The translations under genes were made by a program, and so were the position numbers. Below the pieces are notes generated by a model that was not told where the DNA came from, searched no databases, and worked only from the letters and a program-made list of their open reading frames with translations. Positions 10,006-18,888 of a DNA stretch of 64,000 bases are shown here, one piece after another; position 1 is the stretch's first letter, and every line of letters starts with the position of its first letter. This stretch comes from Escherichia phage FL08: the sequence record PP400785; one strand, written 5' to 3'.

Positions 10006-10236
10006 ATGTTACTAGAATTTAAACAATTTCTTTATGAAGCTTCTATTGATGAATTTATGGGTAAAATTGCCTCTTGTCAAACATTAGAAGGTCTAGAAGA
10101 ACTTGAAGCTTATTACAAGAAAAGAGTTAAAGAAACTGAATTAAAAGATACTGATGACATCTCTGTGAGAGATGCTTTGGCAGGAAAAAGAGCTGAATTA
10201 GAAGATTCAGACGATGAAGTAGAAGAAAGCTTTTAA
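10006..10236 (+). CDS. uvsW.1: UvsW.1-like small acidic protein
   Basis: 76 aa from the ATG at 10006 (GGAG 6 nt upstream); the ORF track starts at a TTG at 9994. Position and size match T4 UvsW.1. Confidence 0.6.
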   Translation: MLLEFKQFLYEASIDEFMGKIASCQTLEGLEELEAYYKKRVKETELKDTDDISVRDALAGKRAELEDSDDEVEESF

Positions 10237-10291
10237 ATTAAAAAAGGCCCAACCAAAAAGGAAGGGCCAAAACTATAGACTAAAGGTCACA

Positions 10292-10459
10292 CTATAGCAA
10301 AAGTTGTGTTTCATTTAATTGTTCTTCCGAACTTTCTGAAACTGGTAGTTCTTTAATGTAATTATAACAAGGCCCAGGATGTACAGGACCTTTGTCTGTT
10401 TCAACAACCAATGCAGAATCGATTGGAGTTTTACAGACAACGCAAATCTTATCTGACAT
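10292..10459 (-). CDS. small Cys-containing protein (uvsY.-2 position)
   Basis: 55-aa ORF MSDKICVVCKTPIDSALVVETDKGPVHPGPCYNY... not in the ORF track (<60 aa); GAGGAG SD and a TATAAATA late promoter immediately upstream. Confidence 0.45.
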   Translation of the reverse strand: MSDKICVVCKTPIDSALVVETDKGPVHPGPCYNYIKELPVSESSEEQLNETQLLL

Positions 10460-10486
10460 GATTGTCTCCTCTAAATTATATATATC

Positions 10487-10494
10487 TATTTATA
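10487..10494 (-). promoter_or_regulatory. late promoter (TATAAATA) upstream of the small Cys ORF and uvsY region
   Basis: The - strand reads TATAAATA, 28 nt upstream of the ATG at 10459. Confidence 0.55.
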
Positions 10495-10714
10495 TAACTC
10501 TCATATGCATATCAATGCCCATATCTTTAGAATAAAAATATTCATCAAGATATCCGGCAAATTTTCCTTTAATATAAAGGACATCTTCACCGCACGGGTG
10601 GTCGGCCAGGATACGAATATCCTGACGCTTAAGATTATGCTTTTTCATTAAGAATTGAATTTCCGTTTCAAATTCTTCTTCATAATTAAAAGCATCATCA
10701 ATGCTATATCTCAT
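10490..10714 (-). CDS. hypothetical protein (uvsY.-1 position)
   Basis: 74-aa ORF, ATG start overlapping the uvsY stop. Confidence 0.55.
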   Translation of the reverse strand: MRYSIDDAFNYEEEFETEIQFLMKKHNLKRQDIRILADHPCGEDVLYIKGKFAGYLDEYFYSKDMGIDMHMRVI

Positions 10715-11127
10715 TATTTTCCAGCCTCAAATGCCCGCATGTCTTGAATATGCTTAATAGCAAATCCACGTGATTTAATAGCATCAAGAGCTCCGCTACA
10801 GAAATCTAATAAAATCCCCCAATACTGTAACGAGGTATCAACCTTTAAAACATCCTTATCAGCTGATAGAACTGTCTTCATTTCTGATTTCTCGTAACGA
10901 TCCATACTAAATTCATCACCATCTCCTCGTCCCGAGTAGTAGTCTAATTTAGCTTTAAGAGCAACTTTCTTTTGCGCGTCAATTCTAAGCATTTCCTTTT
11001 TAATACTTGAATGCTTATTAAGCCATTTACTATATAACATCACATTATTAGCTGCTTCATACTGTAATTTAGTCGAATCTATAAACACATCTTTCTTCAA
11101 TTCTTCTTGAAGATCTTCTAATTTCAT
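10714..11127 (-). CDS. uvsY: UvsY recombination mediator protein
   Basis: 137 aa as in T4 UvsY; MotA-box middle promoter upstream. Confidence 0.88.
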   Translation of the reverse strand: MKLEDLQEELKKDVFIDSTKLQYEAANNVMLYSKWLNKHSSIKKEMLRIDAQKKVALKAKLDYYSGRGDGDEFSMDRYEKSEMKTVLSADKDVLKVDTSLQYWGILLDFCSGALDAIKSRGFAIKHIQDMRAFEAGK

Positions 11128-11167
11128 ATTGTTCTCTATTCAATTGTTATTGGATGGACTTAGATTC

Positions 11168-11195
11168 ATTATACCACGTTTTAACGTGAAGCATT
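11168..11195 (-). promoter_or_regulatory. MotA-dependent middle promoter for uvsY
   Basis: The - strand reads aaTGCTTCA (MotA box), a 13-nt spacer, then TATAAT; about 40 nt upstream of the uvsY ATG. Confidence 0.65.
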
Positions 11196-11592
11196 ATACT
11201 CTGTTACTGGAAGCCAGTTGTAGTTTTATTTGCTCAATATCATCGGGGTTATCGATGACCGAAAAGCGTATTTCTACTATCAGAGTATAATCATCATAAA
11301 CTGGTATTACATTAACTGCTAATTTATCAATACGTGGCTCATAGTTTCTTACTGCGCTTTCGATATTACGCTCAACTGTGTCAGCAGTAAGAGGAGTCAT
11401 ATTTTCAAAAAGCTGGTCTGATAAATCACATCCAAATTCAGGGTCAAACGGTCTTGAACCTTTTCTTGTTGTAATAATTCCCAAAAGACTGTTTTTAATT
11501 GACCTTAATCCAAGTGATCTGGAAACATCTTTGTTCCAATCCATTTTCATTTCCGGGTCAATATCAGAATAAAGCTTATTAATATTTGCCAT
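11194..11592 (-). CDS. 25: baseplate wedge protein gp25
   Basis: 132 aa as in T4 gp25; in the 25-26-51-27-28-29-48-54 baseplate cluster. Confidence 0.85.
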   Translation of the reverse strand: MANINKLYSDIDPEMKMDWNKDVSRSLGLRSIKNSLLGIITTRKGSRPFDPEFGCDLSDQLFENMTPLTADTVERNIESAVRNYEPRIDKLAVNVIPVYDDYTLIVEIRFSVIDNPDDIEQIKLQLASSNRV

Positions 11593-12218
11593 TATAGTAA
11601 CTCAAAGAACTCTTTGAGGCCTCTTATTACATGAGCATGGGTTTTTCCACACTCTGGACATTTAATTGGAACAGCCAAATAAACGGTAGGCTTTAAAAGC
11701 ATATCTTTTATAGCTACAATATCTGACTCTGTGATGATAGAATATAAATCTTCCAGTTCTTTTTCATTTAAGTCTTCAACTGGAATGCTTTCCCCGTTAG
11801 CATGAATCGTTTCTATACATGATACTATCATGTGGGCTATATTTTTATCATCAAAAATTTTAGGGTATCGGAATTTAATTTTAATGTCACCCAGTGTATA
11901 CCAGAGGTCTTCTGGTGCATCTATTTGTGTATGTAATAGATTTATATGGGTTGGTATTTCAGTTCCACAGGTGCACTTCCAGGAGTTTTCGTGATTAACT
12001 TCACCGAGAGAATGTGCCCATAAATGAATCAACAATAGTTCTGATTCTTGGCGGTTTAAATCTTTTGCATTTGTGCAGTCTTTGATTAGCTTTTTAACAA
12101 TTACTTCTACGGAACCATTATTTTTGGCAGTAATAAGTTCTAGATATTCTTTAAGCGTGAATGCGCGACAATTGATTATTTTAGAACCAACTCTCACATC
12201 AAATTTGTATTCATACAT
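11592..12218 (-). CDS. 26: baseplate hub protein gp26
   Basis: 208 aa as in T4 gp26; divergent from gene 51 with a late promoter in the intergenic region. Confidence 0.8.
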   Translation of the reverse strand: MYEYKFDVRVGSKIINCRAFTLKEYLELITAKNNGSVEVIVKKLIKDCTNAKDLNRQESELLLIHLWAHSLGEVNHENSWKCTCGTEIPTHINLLHTQIDAPEDLWYTLGDIKIKFRYPKIFDDKNIAHMIVSCIETIHANGESIPVEDLNEKELEDLYSIITESDIVAIKDMLLKPTVYLAVPIKCPECGKTHAHVIRGLKEFFELL

Positions 12219-12239
12219 ATTTAGCTCCTTTATTTATCA

Positions 12240-12251
12240 TATTTATAAATA
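12240..12251. promoter_or_regulatory. back-to-back late promoters in palindrome TATTTATAAATA (gene 26/25 leftward, gene 51 rightward)
   Basis: TATAAATA on + at 12244-12251 (18 nt before the gene 51 ATG) and on - at 12240-12247 (22 nt before the gene 26 ATG). Confidence 0.65.
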
Positions 12252-12268
12252 GAATAAAAGGAGCATCT

Positions 12269-13018
12269 ATGGCAAACATTATTCGTTGTAAATTACCAGA
12301 TGGTGTTCATCGTTTTAAACCATTTACGGTAGAAGATTATCGAGATTTTTTGTTAGTTCGAAACGATATAGAGCATCGGTCACCACAAGAACAAAAAGAA
12401 ATAATTACTGATTTAATTGATGATTATTTTGGAGACTATCCGAAGACTTGGCAACCATTTATATTTTTGCAGGTATTTGTAGGTTCAATAGGTAAAACTA
12501 AAGTACCAGTCACATTTGTATGTCCAAAATGTAAAAAAGAAAAGACAGTTCCATTTGAAATATATCAAAAAGAATTAAAGGAACCTATTTTTGATGTAGC
12601 TAATGTTAAAATTAAATTAAATTTTCCTTCTGAGTTTTATGAAAATAAAGCAAAGATGATTACTGAAAATATTCATTCTGTTCAAGTAGATGAAATATGG
12701 TATGATTGGAAGGAAATTAGCGAATCAAGTCAAATAGAACTTGTTGACGCCATCGAGATAGAAACATTAGAAAAAATTCTTGATTCAATGAATCCTATTA
12801 ATTTAACATTGCATATGTCCTGCTGTGATAAGTATGTAAAAAAATACACTGATATAGTAGATGTGTTTAAGCTATTAGTTAACCCAGATGAGATATTTAC
12901 TTTTTATCAAATTAATCACACACTCGTAAAAAGTAATTATAGCTTAAATTCAATAATGAAAATGATTCCTGCCGAGCGCGGATTCGTATTAAAACTGATT
13001 GAGAAGGATAAACAATAA
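12269..13018 (+). CDS. 51: baseplate hub assembly protein gp51
   Basis: 249 aa as in T4 gp51; Cys pairs CPKCKK...CCDKY; late promoter 18 nt upstream. Confidence 0.8.
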   Translation: MANIIRCKLPDGVHRFKPFTVEDYRDFLLVRNDIEHRSPQEQKEIITDLIDDYFGDYPKTWQPFIFLQVFVGSIGKTKVPVTFVCPKCKKEKTVPFEIYQKELKEPIFDVANVKIKLNFPSEFYENKAKMITENIHSVQVDEIWYDWKEISESSQIELVDAIEIETLEKILDSMNPINLTLHMSCCDKYVKKYTDIVDVFKLLVNPDEIFTFYQINHTLVKSNYSLNSIMKMIPAERGFVLKLIEKDKQ

Positions 13019-14190
13019 TGAGTATGTTGCAACGCCCTGGATATCCAAATCTCAGCGTTAAATTATTTGAGAGTTATGACGCTTGGAGTAATAATAGATT
13101 TGTTGAATTAGCTGCTACTATTACCACATTAACTATGCGGGATTCTCTTTATGGTCGAAATGAAGGAATGCTACAATTTTATGATTCTAAAAATATCCAT
13201 ACAAAAATGGATGGAAATGAAATAATTCAGATTTCTGTAGCTAATGCAAACGATATTAATAATGTTAAAACAAGAATTTATGGATGTAAGCATTTTTCTG
13301 TATCTGTAGATTCAAAAGGTGATAACATCATTGCTATTGAATTGGGAACTATTCATTCTATAGAAAATCTTAAATTTGGTAGACCATTTTTCCCTGATGC
13401 AGGTGAATCTATAAAAGAAATGCTTGGTGTCATTTATCAAGACCGCACATTATTAACTCCAGCAATAAATGCTATAAATGCTTATGTTCCTGATATTCCA
13501 TGGACTAGCACATTTGAAAACTATTTGTCATATGTAAGAGAAGTTGCTCTAGCGGTAGGAAGCGATAAGTTCGTATTTGTATGGCAAGACATCATGGGAG
13601 TTAACATGATGGACTATGATATGATGATAAATCAAGAACCATATCCAATGATTGTAGGTGAGCCAACTTTAATAGGTCAATTCGTCCAAGAATTGAAATA
13701 TCCATTAGCATATGATTTTGTTTGGTTGACTAAATCAAACCCGCATAAACGTGATCCAATGAAAAATGCTACTATCTATGCTCATTCATTTTTAGATTCT
13801 TCATTACCAATGATTACTACAGGAAAGGGTGAAAACTCTATTGTAGTGTCAAGGTCAGGTGCTTATTCTGAAATGACTTATAGAAATGGATATGAAGAAG
13901 CTATTCGTCTTCAGACTATGGCGCAATATGACGGCTATGCTAAATGTTCTACTGTCGGTAATTTTAACTTGACTCCTGGCGTTAAAATTATTTTTAATGA
14001 TAGTAAAAACCAATTTAAAACAGAATTTTACGTTGATGAAGTTATTCACGAATTATCAAATAATAATTCCGTAACTCATCTATATATGTTCACTAATGCA
14101 ACGAAACTGGAAACAATCGACCCAGTTAAGGTTAAAAATGAATTTAAAACTGATACTACCACTGAAGAAAGTAGTTCTTCCGATAAGTAA
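13018..14190 (+). CDS. 27: baseplate hub protein gp27
   Basis: 390 aa (T4 gp27 is about 391); ATGA-type overlap with the gene 51 stop. Confidence 0.88.
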   Translation: MSMLQRPGYPNLSVKLFESYDAWSNNRFVELAATITTLTMRDSLYGRNEGMLQFYDSKNIHTKMDGNEIIQISVANANDINNVKTRIYGCKHFSVSVDSKGDNIIAIELGTIHSIENLKFGRPFFPDAGESIKEMLGVIYQDRTLLTPAINAINAYVPDIPWTSTFENYLSYVREVALAVGSDKFVFVWQDIMGVNMMDYDMMINQEPYPMIVGEPTLIGQFVQELKYPLAYDFVWLTKSNPHKRDPMKNATIYAHSFLDSSLPMITTGKGENSIVVSRSGAYSEMTYRNGYEEAIRLQTMAQYDGYAKCSTVGNFNLTPGVKIIFNDSKNQFKTEFYVDEVIHELSNNNSVTHLYMFTNATKLETIDPVKVKNEFKTDTTTEESSSSDK

Positions 14191-14671
14191 TAAAGAAGTT
14201 TCTATTCCTAAGATGGGTCTTAAACATTATAACATTTTAAAAGATGTTAAAGGTCCTGATGAAAATTTAAAGCTTCTTATTGATTCTATTTGTCCAAATT
14301 TATCACCGGCAGAAGTTGATTTCGTTTCTATTCATTTATTGGAATTTAATGGAAAGATTAAATCTCGTAAAGAAATAGATGGCTATACTTATGACATTAA
14401 TGATGTTTATGTATGCCAAAGATTAGAATTTCAATACCAAGGAAATACATTTTATTTTAGACCTCCTGGAAAATTTGAACAATTTTTAACGGTGAGCGAT
14501 ATGTTATCTAAATGCTTGCTTAAGGTCAACGATGAAGTTAAAGAAATTAATTTTCTTGAGATGCCAGCATTCGTTTTAAAATGGGCAAATGATATTTTTA
14601 CAACTTTAGCAATTCCTGGCCCTAATGGTCCAATAACTGGAATTGGCAATATTATTGGATTATTTGAATGA
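14138..14671 (+). CDS. 28: baseplate hub distal protein gp28
   Basis: ATG at 14138 with AAGG SD gives 177 aa, the T4 gp28 length; the ORF track start at 14096 is probably too far upstream. Overlaps the gp27 3' end in another frame. Confidence 0.7.
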   Translation: MNLKLILPLKKVVLPISNKEVSIPKMGLKHYNILKDVKGPDENLKLLIDSICPNLSPAEVDFVSIHLLEFNGKIKSRKEIDGYTYDINDVYVCQRLEFQYQGNTFYFRPPGKFEQFLTVSDMLSKCLLKVNDEVKEINFLEMPAFVLKWANDIFTTLAIPGPNGPITGIGNIIGLFE

Positions 14672-16440
14672 AAAAGCCACAAGAAATGCAAACGATGCGT
14701 AGAAAAGTTATTTCAGATAATAAACCAACACAGGAAGCGGCTAAATCCGCTTCCAATACTTTATCTGGACTTAATGACATTTCTACAAAATTGGATGATG
14801 CTCAAGCTGCTTCTGAATTAATAGCTCAAACCGTTGAAGAAAAATCGAATGAAATAATTGGAGCAATTGACAATGTAGAAAGCGCAGTGAGTGATACTAC
14901 TGCTGGTTCTGAGTTAATTGCTGAAACTGTCGAAATTGGCAATAATATTAATAAAGAAATCGGTGAATCGCTCGGAAGTAAATTAGATAAATTAACGAGT
15001 TTACTCGAGCAAAAAATCCAGACAGCCGGAATTCAACAAACAGGAACTAGTTTAGCTACGGTTGAAAGCGCTATTCCTGTTAAAGTTGTTGAGGACGATA
15101 CAGCTGAATCCGTGGGTCCTTTATTACCAGCTCCTGAAGCAGTTAATAATGATCCTGACGCTGATTTTTTCCCTGCCCCTCAACCAGTTGAACCTAAGCG
15201 AGAGTCACCGGAAGAAAAACAGAAAAAAGAAGCATTTAATTTAAAATTATCTCAAGCTTTAGATAAATTAACAAAGACTGTTGATTTTGGATTTAAAAAA
15301 TCCATTTCAATTACTGATAAAATATCAAGCATGCTATTTAAGTATACTGTCAGTGCTGCTATTGAAGCTGCTAAAATGGTTGCATTAATAATGGCTGTTG
15401 TTATTGGAATAGACCTACTGATGGTTCATTTTAAATATTGGTCAGATAAATTTTCAAAAGCCTGGGATTTGTTTAGCACTGATTTTAAAACTTTTTCAAG
15501 CGAAACCGGAACTTGGGGTCCTTTATTACAGAGCATCTTTGAATCTATTGATGAAATTAAAAAGTTCTGGGAAGCGGGAGATTGGGGCGGTTTGACGGTA
15601 GCTATTGTAGAAGGGCTTGGAAAGGTTCTTTATAATTTAGGAGAACTTATTCAGCTTGGAATGGCTAAATTATCAGCAGCAATTCTTCGAGTTATTCCTG
15701 GTATGAAAGATACTGCTGACGAAGTAGAAGGAAGAGCACTGGAAAATTTCCAAAATTCTACTGGAGCATCTCTCAATAAAGAAGACCAGGAAAAAGTTGC
15801 GAATTATCAAGATAAACGAATGAATGGAGACCTTGGTCCGATAGCAGAAGGACTAGACAAAATTGCGAACTGGAAAACTCGTGCATCTAACTGGATTCGT
15901 GGTGTTGATAATAAAGAAGCATTGACAACTGATGAAGAACGCGCAGCAGAAGAAGAAAAATTAAAGCAGCTTTCACCAGAAGAAAGAAAAAATGCTTTAA
16001 TGAAGGCTAATGAAGCCCGTGCCGCGATGATTCGTTTTGAAAAATATGCTGATTCAGCTGATATGAGTAAAGACTCAACGGTTAAATCAGTTGAAGCTGC
16101 CTATGAAGACCTTAAAAAACGAATGGATGACCCGGATTTAAATAATTCACCGGCAGTTAAAAAAGAACTTGCTGCTAGATTTTCTAAAATTGATGCTACT
16201 TATCAAGAGCTCAAGAAAAATCAGCCTAATGCCAAACCTCAAACTTCTGCTAAATCGCCAGAAGCAAAACAAGTCCAGGTAATAGAAAAGAACAAAGCAC
16301 AGCAAGCTCCTATTCAACAAGCATCTCCTTCAATCAATAATACTAATAATGTTATTAAGAAAAATACTGTCGTTCATAATATGACACCCGTAACGAGCAC
16401 GACTGCTCCTGGTGTATTTGATGCGACTGGAGTTAATTAA
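14668..16440 (+). CDS. 29: gp29 baseplate hub / tail-length determinator
   Basis: 590 aa as in T4 gp29; ATGA overlap with gene 28. Confidence 0.88.
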   Translation: MKKPQEMQTMRRKVISDNKPTQEAAKSASNTLSGLNDISTKLDDAQAASELIAQTVEEKSNEIIGAIDNVESAVSDTTAGSELIAETVEIGNNINKEIGESLGSKLDKLTSLLEQKIQTAGIQQTGTSLATVESAIPVKVVEDDTAESVGPLLPAPEAVNNDPDADFFPAPQPVEPKRESPEEKQKKEAFNLKLSQALDKLTKTVDFGFKKSISITDKISSMLFKYTVSAAIEAAKMVALIMAVVIGIDLLMVHFKYWSDKFSKAWDLFSTDFKTFSSETGTWGPLLQSIFESIDEIKKFWEAGDWGGLTVAIVEGLGKVLYNLGELIQLGMAKLSAAILRVIPGMKDTADEVEGRALENFQNSTGASLNKEDQEKVANYQDKRMNGDLGPIAEGLDKIANWKTRASNWIRGVDNKEALTTDEERAAEEEKLKQLSPEERKNALMKANEARAAMIRFEKYADSADMSKDSTVKSVEAAYEDLKKRMDDPDLNNSPAVKKELAARFSKIDATYQELKKNQPNAKPQTSAKSPEAKQVQVIEKNKAQQAPIQQASPSINNTNNVIKKNTVVHNMTPVTSTTAPGVFDATGVN

Positions 16441-16448
16441 GGAATAAT

Positions 16449-17543
16449 ATGGCAATTGTTAAAGAAATAACTGCTGATTTAATTAAAAAGTCCGGTGAGA
16501 AAATTTCAGCCGGACAGAGTACTAAATCAGAAGTAGCAACTAAAACATACACTGCCCAGTTTCCAACTGGGCGTGCTAGTGGTAATGACACTACAGGGGA
16601 CTTCCAGGTAACAGATCTATATAAGAATGGATTATTATTTACTGCATACAATATGTCATCTAGGGATTCTGGAAGTCTTAGAACGATGAGATCTAACTAC
16701 TCTTCTTCATCTTCGAGTATTTTACGTACAGCCAGAAACACTATCAGTAATACAGTATCAAAACTATCAAATGGACTAATATCAGATAATAATTCAGGAA
16801 CAATAAGTAAAGTTCCTGTTGCAAATATTCTTTTACCTAGATCTAAATCTGACGTCGATACGTCATCACATAGATTTAATGATGTTCAAGATAGTCTTAT
16901 TACAAAAGGTGGAGGTACTGCTACTGGTGTGCTAAGCAATATGGCTTCAACCGCAGTATTTGGAGCGCTGGAAAGTATAACACAAGGTATAATGGCTGAT
17001 AATAATGAACAGATTTATACGACAGCCAGAAGCATGTACGGCGGTGCTGAAAATAGAACTAAAGTGTTCACTTGGGATTTGACTCCGCGCTCAACAGAAG
17101 ATTTAATGGCTATTATTAATATCTATCAGTATTTTAACTATTTTTCTTACGGTGAAACTGGTAAATCTCAATATGCTGCTGAAATAAAAGGATATCTAGA
17201 TGAGTGGTACCGTTCTACTTTTATTGAGCCGTTAACTCCAGAAGATGCAGTTAAAAATAAGACGTTATTTGAGAAAATGACATCGAGTTTAACTAACGTT
17301 CTTGTAGTTTCAAACCCGACAATTTGGATGGTGAAAAACTTTGGTACAACATCTAAGTTTGATGGAAAAACGGAAATATTCGGTCCATGTCAAATCCAGA
17401 GTATCAGATTTGATAAAACACCTAATGGTAACTTTAACGGATTAGCTATTGCTCCAAATCTCCCTAGTACATTTACTCTCGAGATTACTATGAGAGAAAT
17501 TATCACGTTAAACCGTGCTTCTTTATATGCGGGGACTTTTTAA
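16449..17543 (+). CDS. 48: gp48 baseplate tail-tube cap
   Basis: 364 aa as in T4 gp48. Confidence 0.85.
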   Translation: MAIVKEITADLIKKSGEKISAGQSTKSEVATKTYTAQFPTGRASGNDTTGDFQVTDLYKNGLLFTAYNMSSRDSGSLRTMRSNYSSSSSSILRTARNTISNTVSKLSNGLISDNNSGTISKVPVANILLPRSKSDVDTSSHRFNDVQDSLITKGGGTATGVLSNMASTAVFGALESITQGIMADNNEQIYTTARSMYGGAENRTKVFTWDLTPRSTEDLMAIINIYQYFNYFSYGETGKSQYAAEIKGYLDEWYRSTFIEPLTPEDAVKNKTLFEKMTSSLTNVLVVSNPTIWMVKNFGTTSKFDGKTEIFGPCQIQSIRFDKTPNGNFNGLAIAPNLPSTFTLEITMREIITLNRASLYAGTF

Positions 17544-18508
17544 TGTATTCTTTAGAGGAATTTAATAATCAAGCAATAAACGCAGATTTCCAACGTAATA
17601 ATATGTTCAGCTGTGTTTTTGCTACAACTCCATCAACTAAAAGCTCTTCGTTGATAAGTTCAATTAGCAACTTTTCTTATAATAACTTGGGCCTAAATTC
17701 AGATTGGTTAGGATTAACTCAAGGCGATATTAATCAGGGAATTACTACGCTAATTACAGCTGGCACACAAAAACTGATAAGAAAATCAGGGGTTAGTAAA
17801 TATCTTATTGGTGCCATGAGTCAACGTACAGTTCAAAGTTTATTAGGCTCATTTACAGTTGGTACATATTTAATTGACTTCTTTAACATGGCATATAACT
17901 CATCTGGATTGATGATATACTCTGTAAAAATGCCAGAGAATAGATTATCCTATGAAACTGACTGGAACTATAATTCTCCTAATATTCGTATAACTGGGAG
18001 AGAATTAGACCCTTTGGTTATTTCATTCAGAATGGATTCAGAAGCTTGTAACTATCGTGCAATGCAAGACTGGGTTAACGCTGTTCAAGACCCAGTAACT
18101 GGATTGCGTGCTTTGCCGCAAGATGTCGAGGCTGATATTCAGGTTAATCTTCATTCTCGCAATGGATTACCACATACTGCGGTGATGTTCACTGGATGCA
18201 TTCCAGTGTCCGTAAGCGCTCCTGAGTTATCATATGATGGAGATAACCAAATAACTACATTTGATGTTACTTTTGCGTATAGAGTCATGCAGGCTGGAGC
18301 AGTTGATAGACAAGCTGCGCTTGAATGGCTTGAATCTGCTGCTATAAATGGTATTCAAAGCGTTCTCGGAAATAGTGGAGGTGTCACTGGACTATCTAAT
18401 TCGCTTTCACGACTTAGTAGATTAGGGGGAACTGCAGGAAGCATTTCAAATATTAACACTATGACAGGAATTGTCAATTCGCAAAGTAAAATATTAGGAG
18501 CAATATAA
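17543..18508 (+). CDS. 54: gp54 baseplate tail-tube initiator
   Basis: 321 aa (T4 about 320); followed by a UUCG-type terminator. Confidence 0.85.
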   Translation: MYSLEEFNNQAINADFQRNNMFSCVFATTPSTKSSSLISSISNFSYNNLGLNSDWLGLTQGDINQGITTLITAGTQKLIRKSGVSKYLIGAMSQRTVQSLLGSFTVGTYLIDFFNMAYNSSGLMIYSVKMPENRLSYETDWNYNSPNIRITGRELDPLVISFRMDSEACNYRAMQDWVNAVQDPVTGLRALPQDVEADIQVNLHSRNGLPHTAVMFTGCIPVSVSAPELSYDGDNQITTFDVTFAYRVMQAGAVDRQAALEWLESAAINGIQSVLGNSGGVTGLSNSLSRLSRLGGTAGSISNINTMTGIVNSQSKILGAI

Positions 18509-18513
18509 CAATG

Positions 18514-18540
18514 GGGACCTTTCGGTCCCCATATTTTTAT
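18514..18540 (+). terminator. rho-independent terminator after gene 54
   Basis: GGGGACC-UUUC-GGUCCCC followed by AUAUUUUUAUUU. Confidence 0.7.
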
Positions 18541-18827
18541 TTACGGAATGAAATGAAAGCAGCAACTGAAGCAACTAAACTGTCTTCAATATAAACTTCA
18601 ATTTTTACCGGAGCTTCTGACTCAAATTTACCTGTTACTACACCCTGAAAAATACTTTCAGTCTGTTCTGGCTTTGAAAAATTTTCAGAAGGAAAAATTC
18701 CGAACTTTTTATCTGTTCCAAAAATTTTGATAAATTCATCGTAAACTGCTTCATTAAAAGCATTATCAGCAGGAATAACGCCTTCAACTACAAGTTCTTG
18801 ACCTAAAAAGCGCAAAGAAGATTTCAT
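18537..18827 (-). CDS. hypothetical protein (alt.-3 position)
   Basis: 96-aa ORF, GAGGAA SD, preceded by an early promoter cassette. Confidence 0.5.
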   Translation of the reverse strand: MKSSLRFLGQELVVEGVIPADNAFNEAVYDEFIKIFGTDKKFGIFPSENFSKPEQTESIFQGVVTGKFESEAPVKIEVYIEDSLVASVAAFISFRK

Positions 18828-18834
18828 TTTGTGT

Positions 18835-18888
18835 TCCTCATGTTATGTCAGTAAGACTACTATAACACAACACGAGGGACTTGTAAAC
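18835..18888 (-). repeat. 54-bp promoter-leader cassette, copy 1 (copy 2 at 34091..34144)
   Basis: tcctcatgttatgtcagtaagaCtaCtataacacaacacgagggacttgtaaac; 52/54 identical to the copy upstream of alc. Confidence 0.8.
18859..18888 (-). promoter_or_regulatory. early promoter (GTTTAC-N18-TATAGT) for the ORF at 18537..18827
   Basis: The - strand reads GTTTAC aagtccctcgtgttgtgt TATAGT; part of a 54-bp cassette repeated at 34091..34144. Confidence 0.55.
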
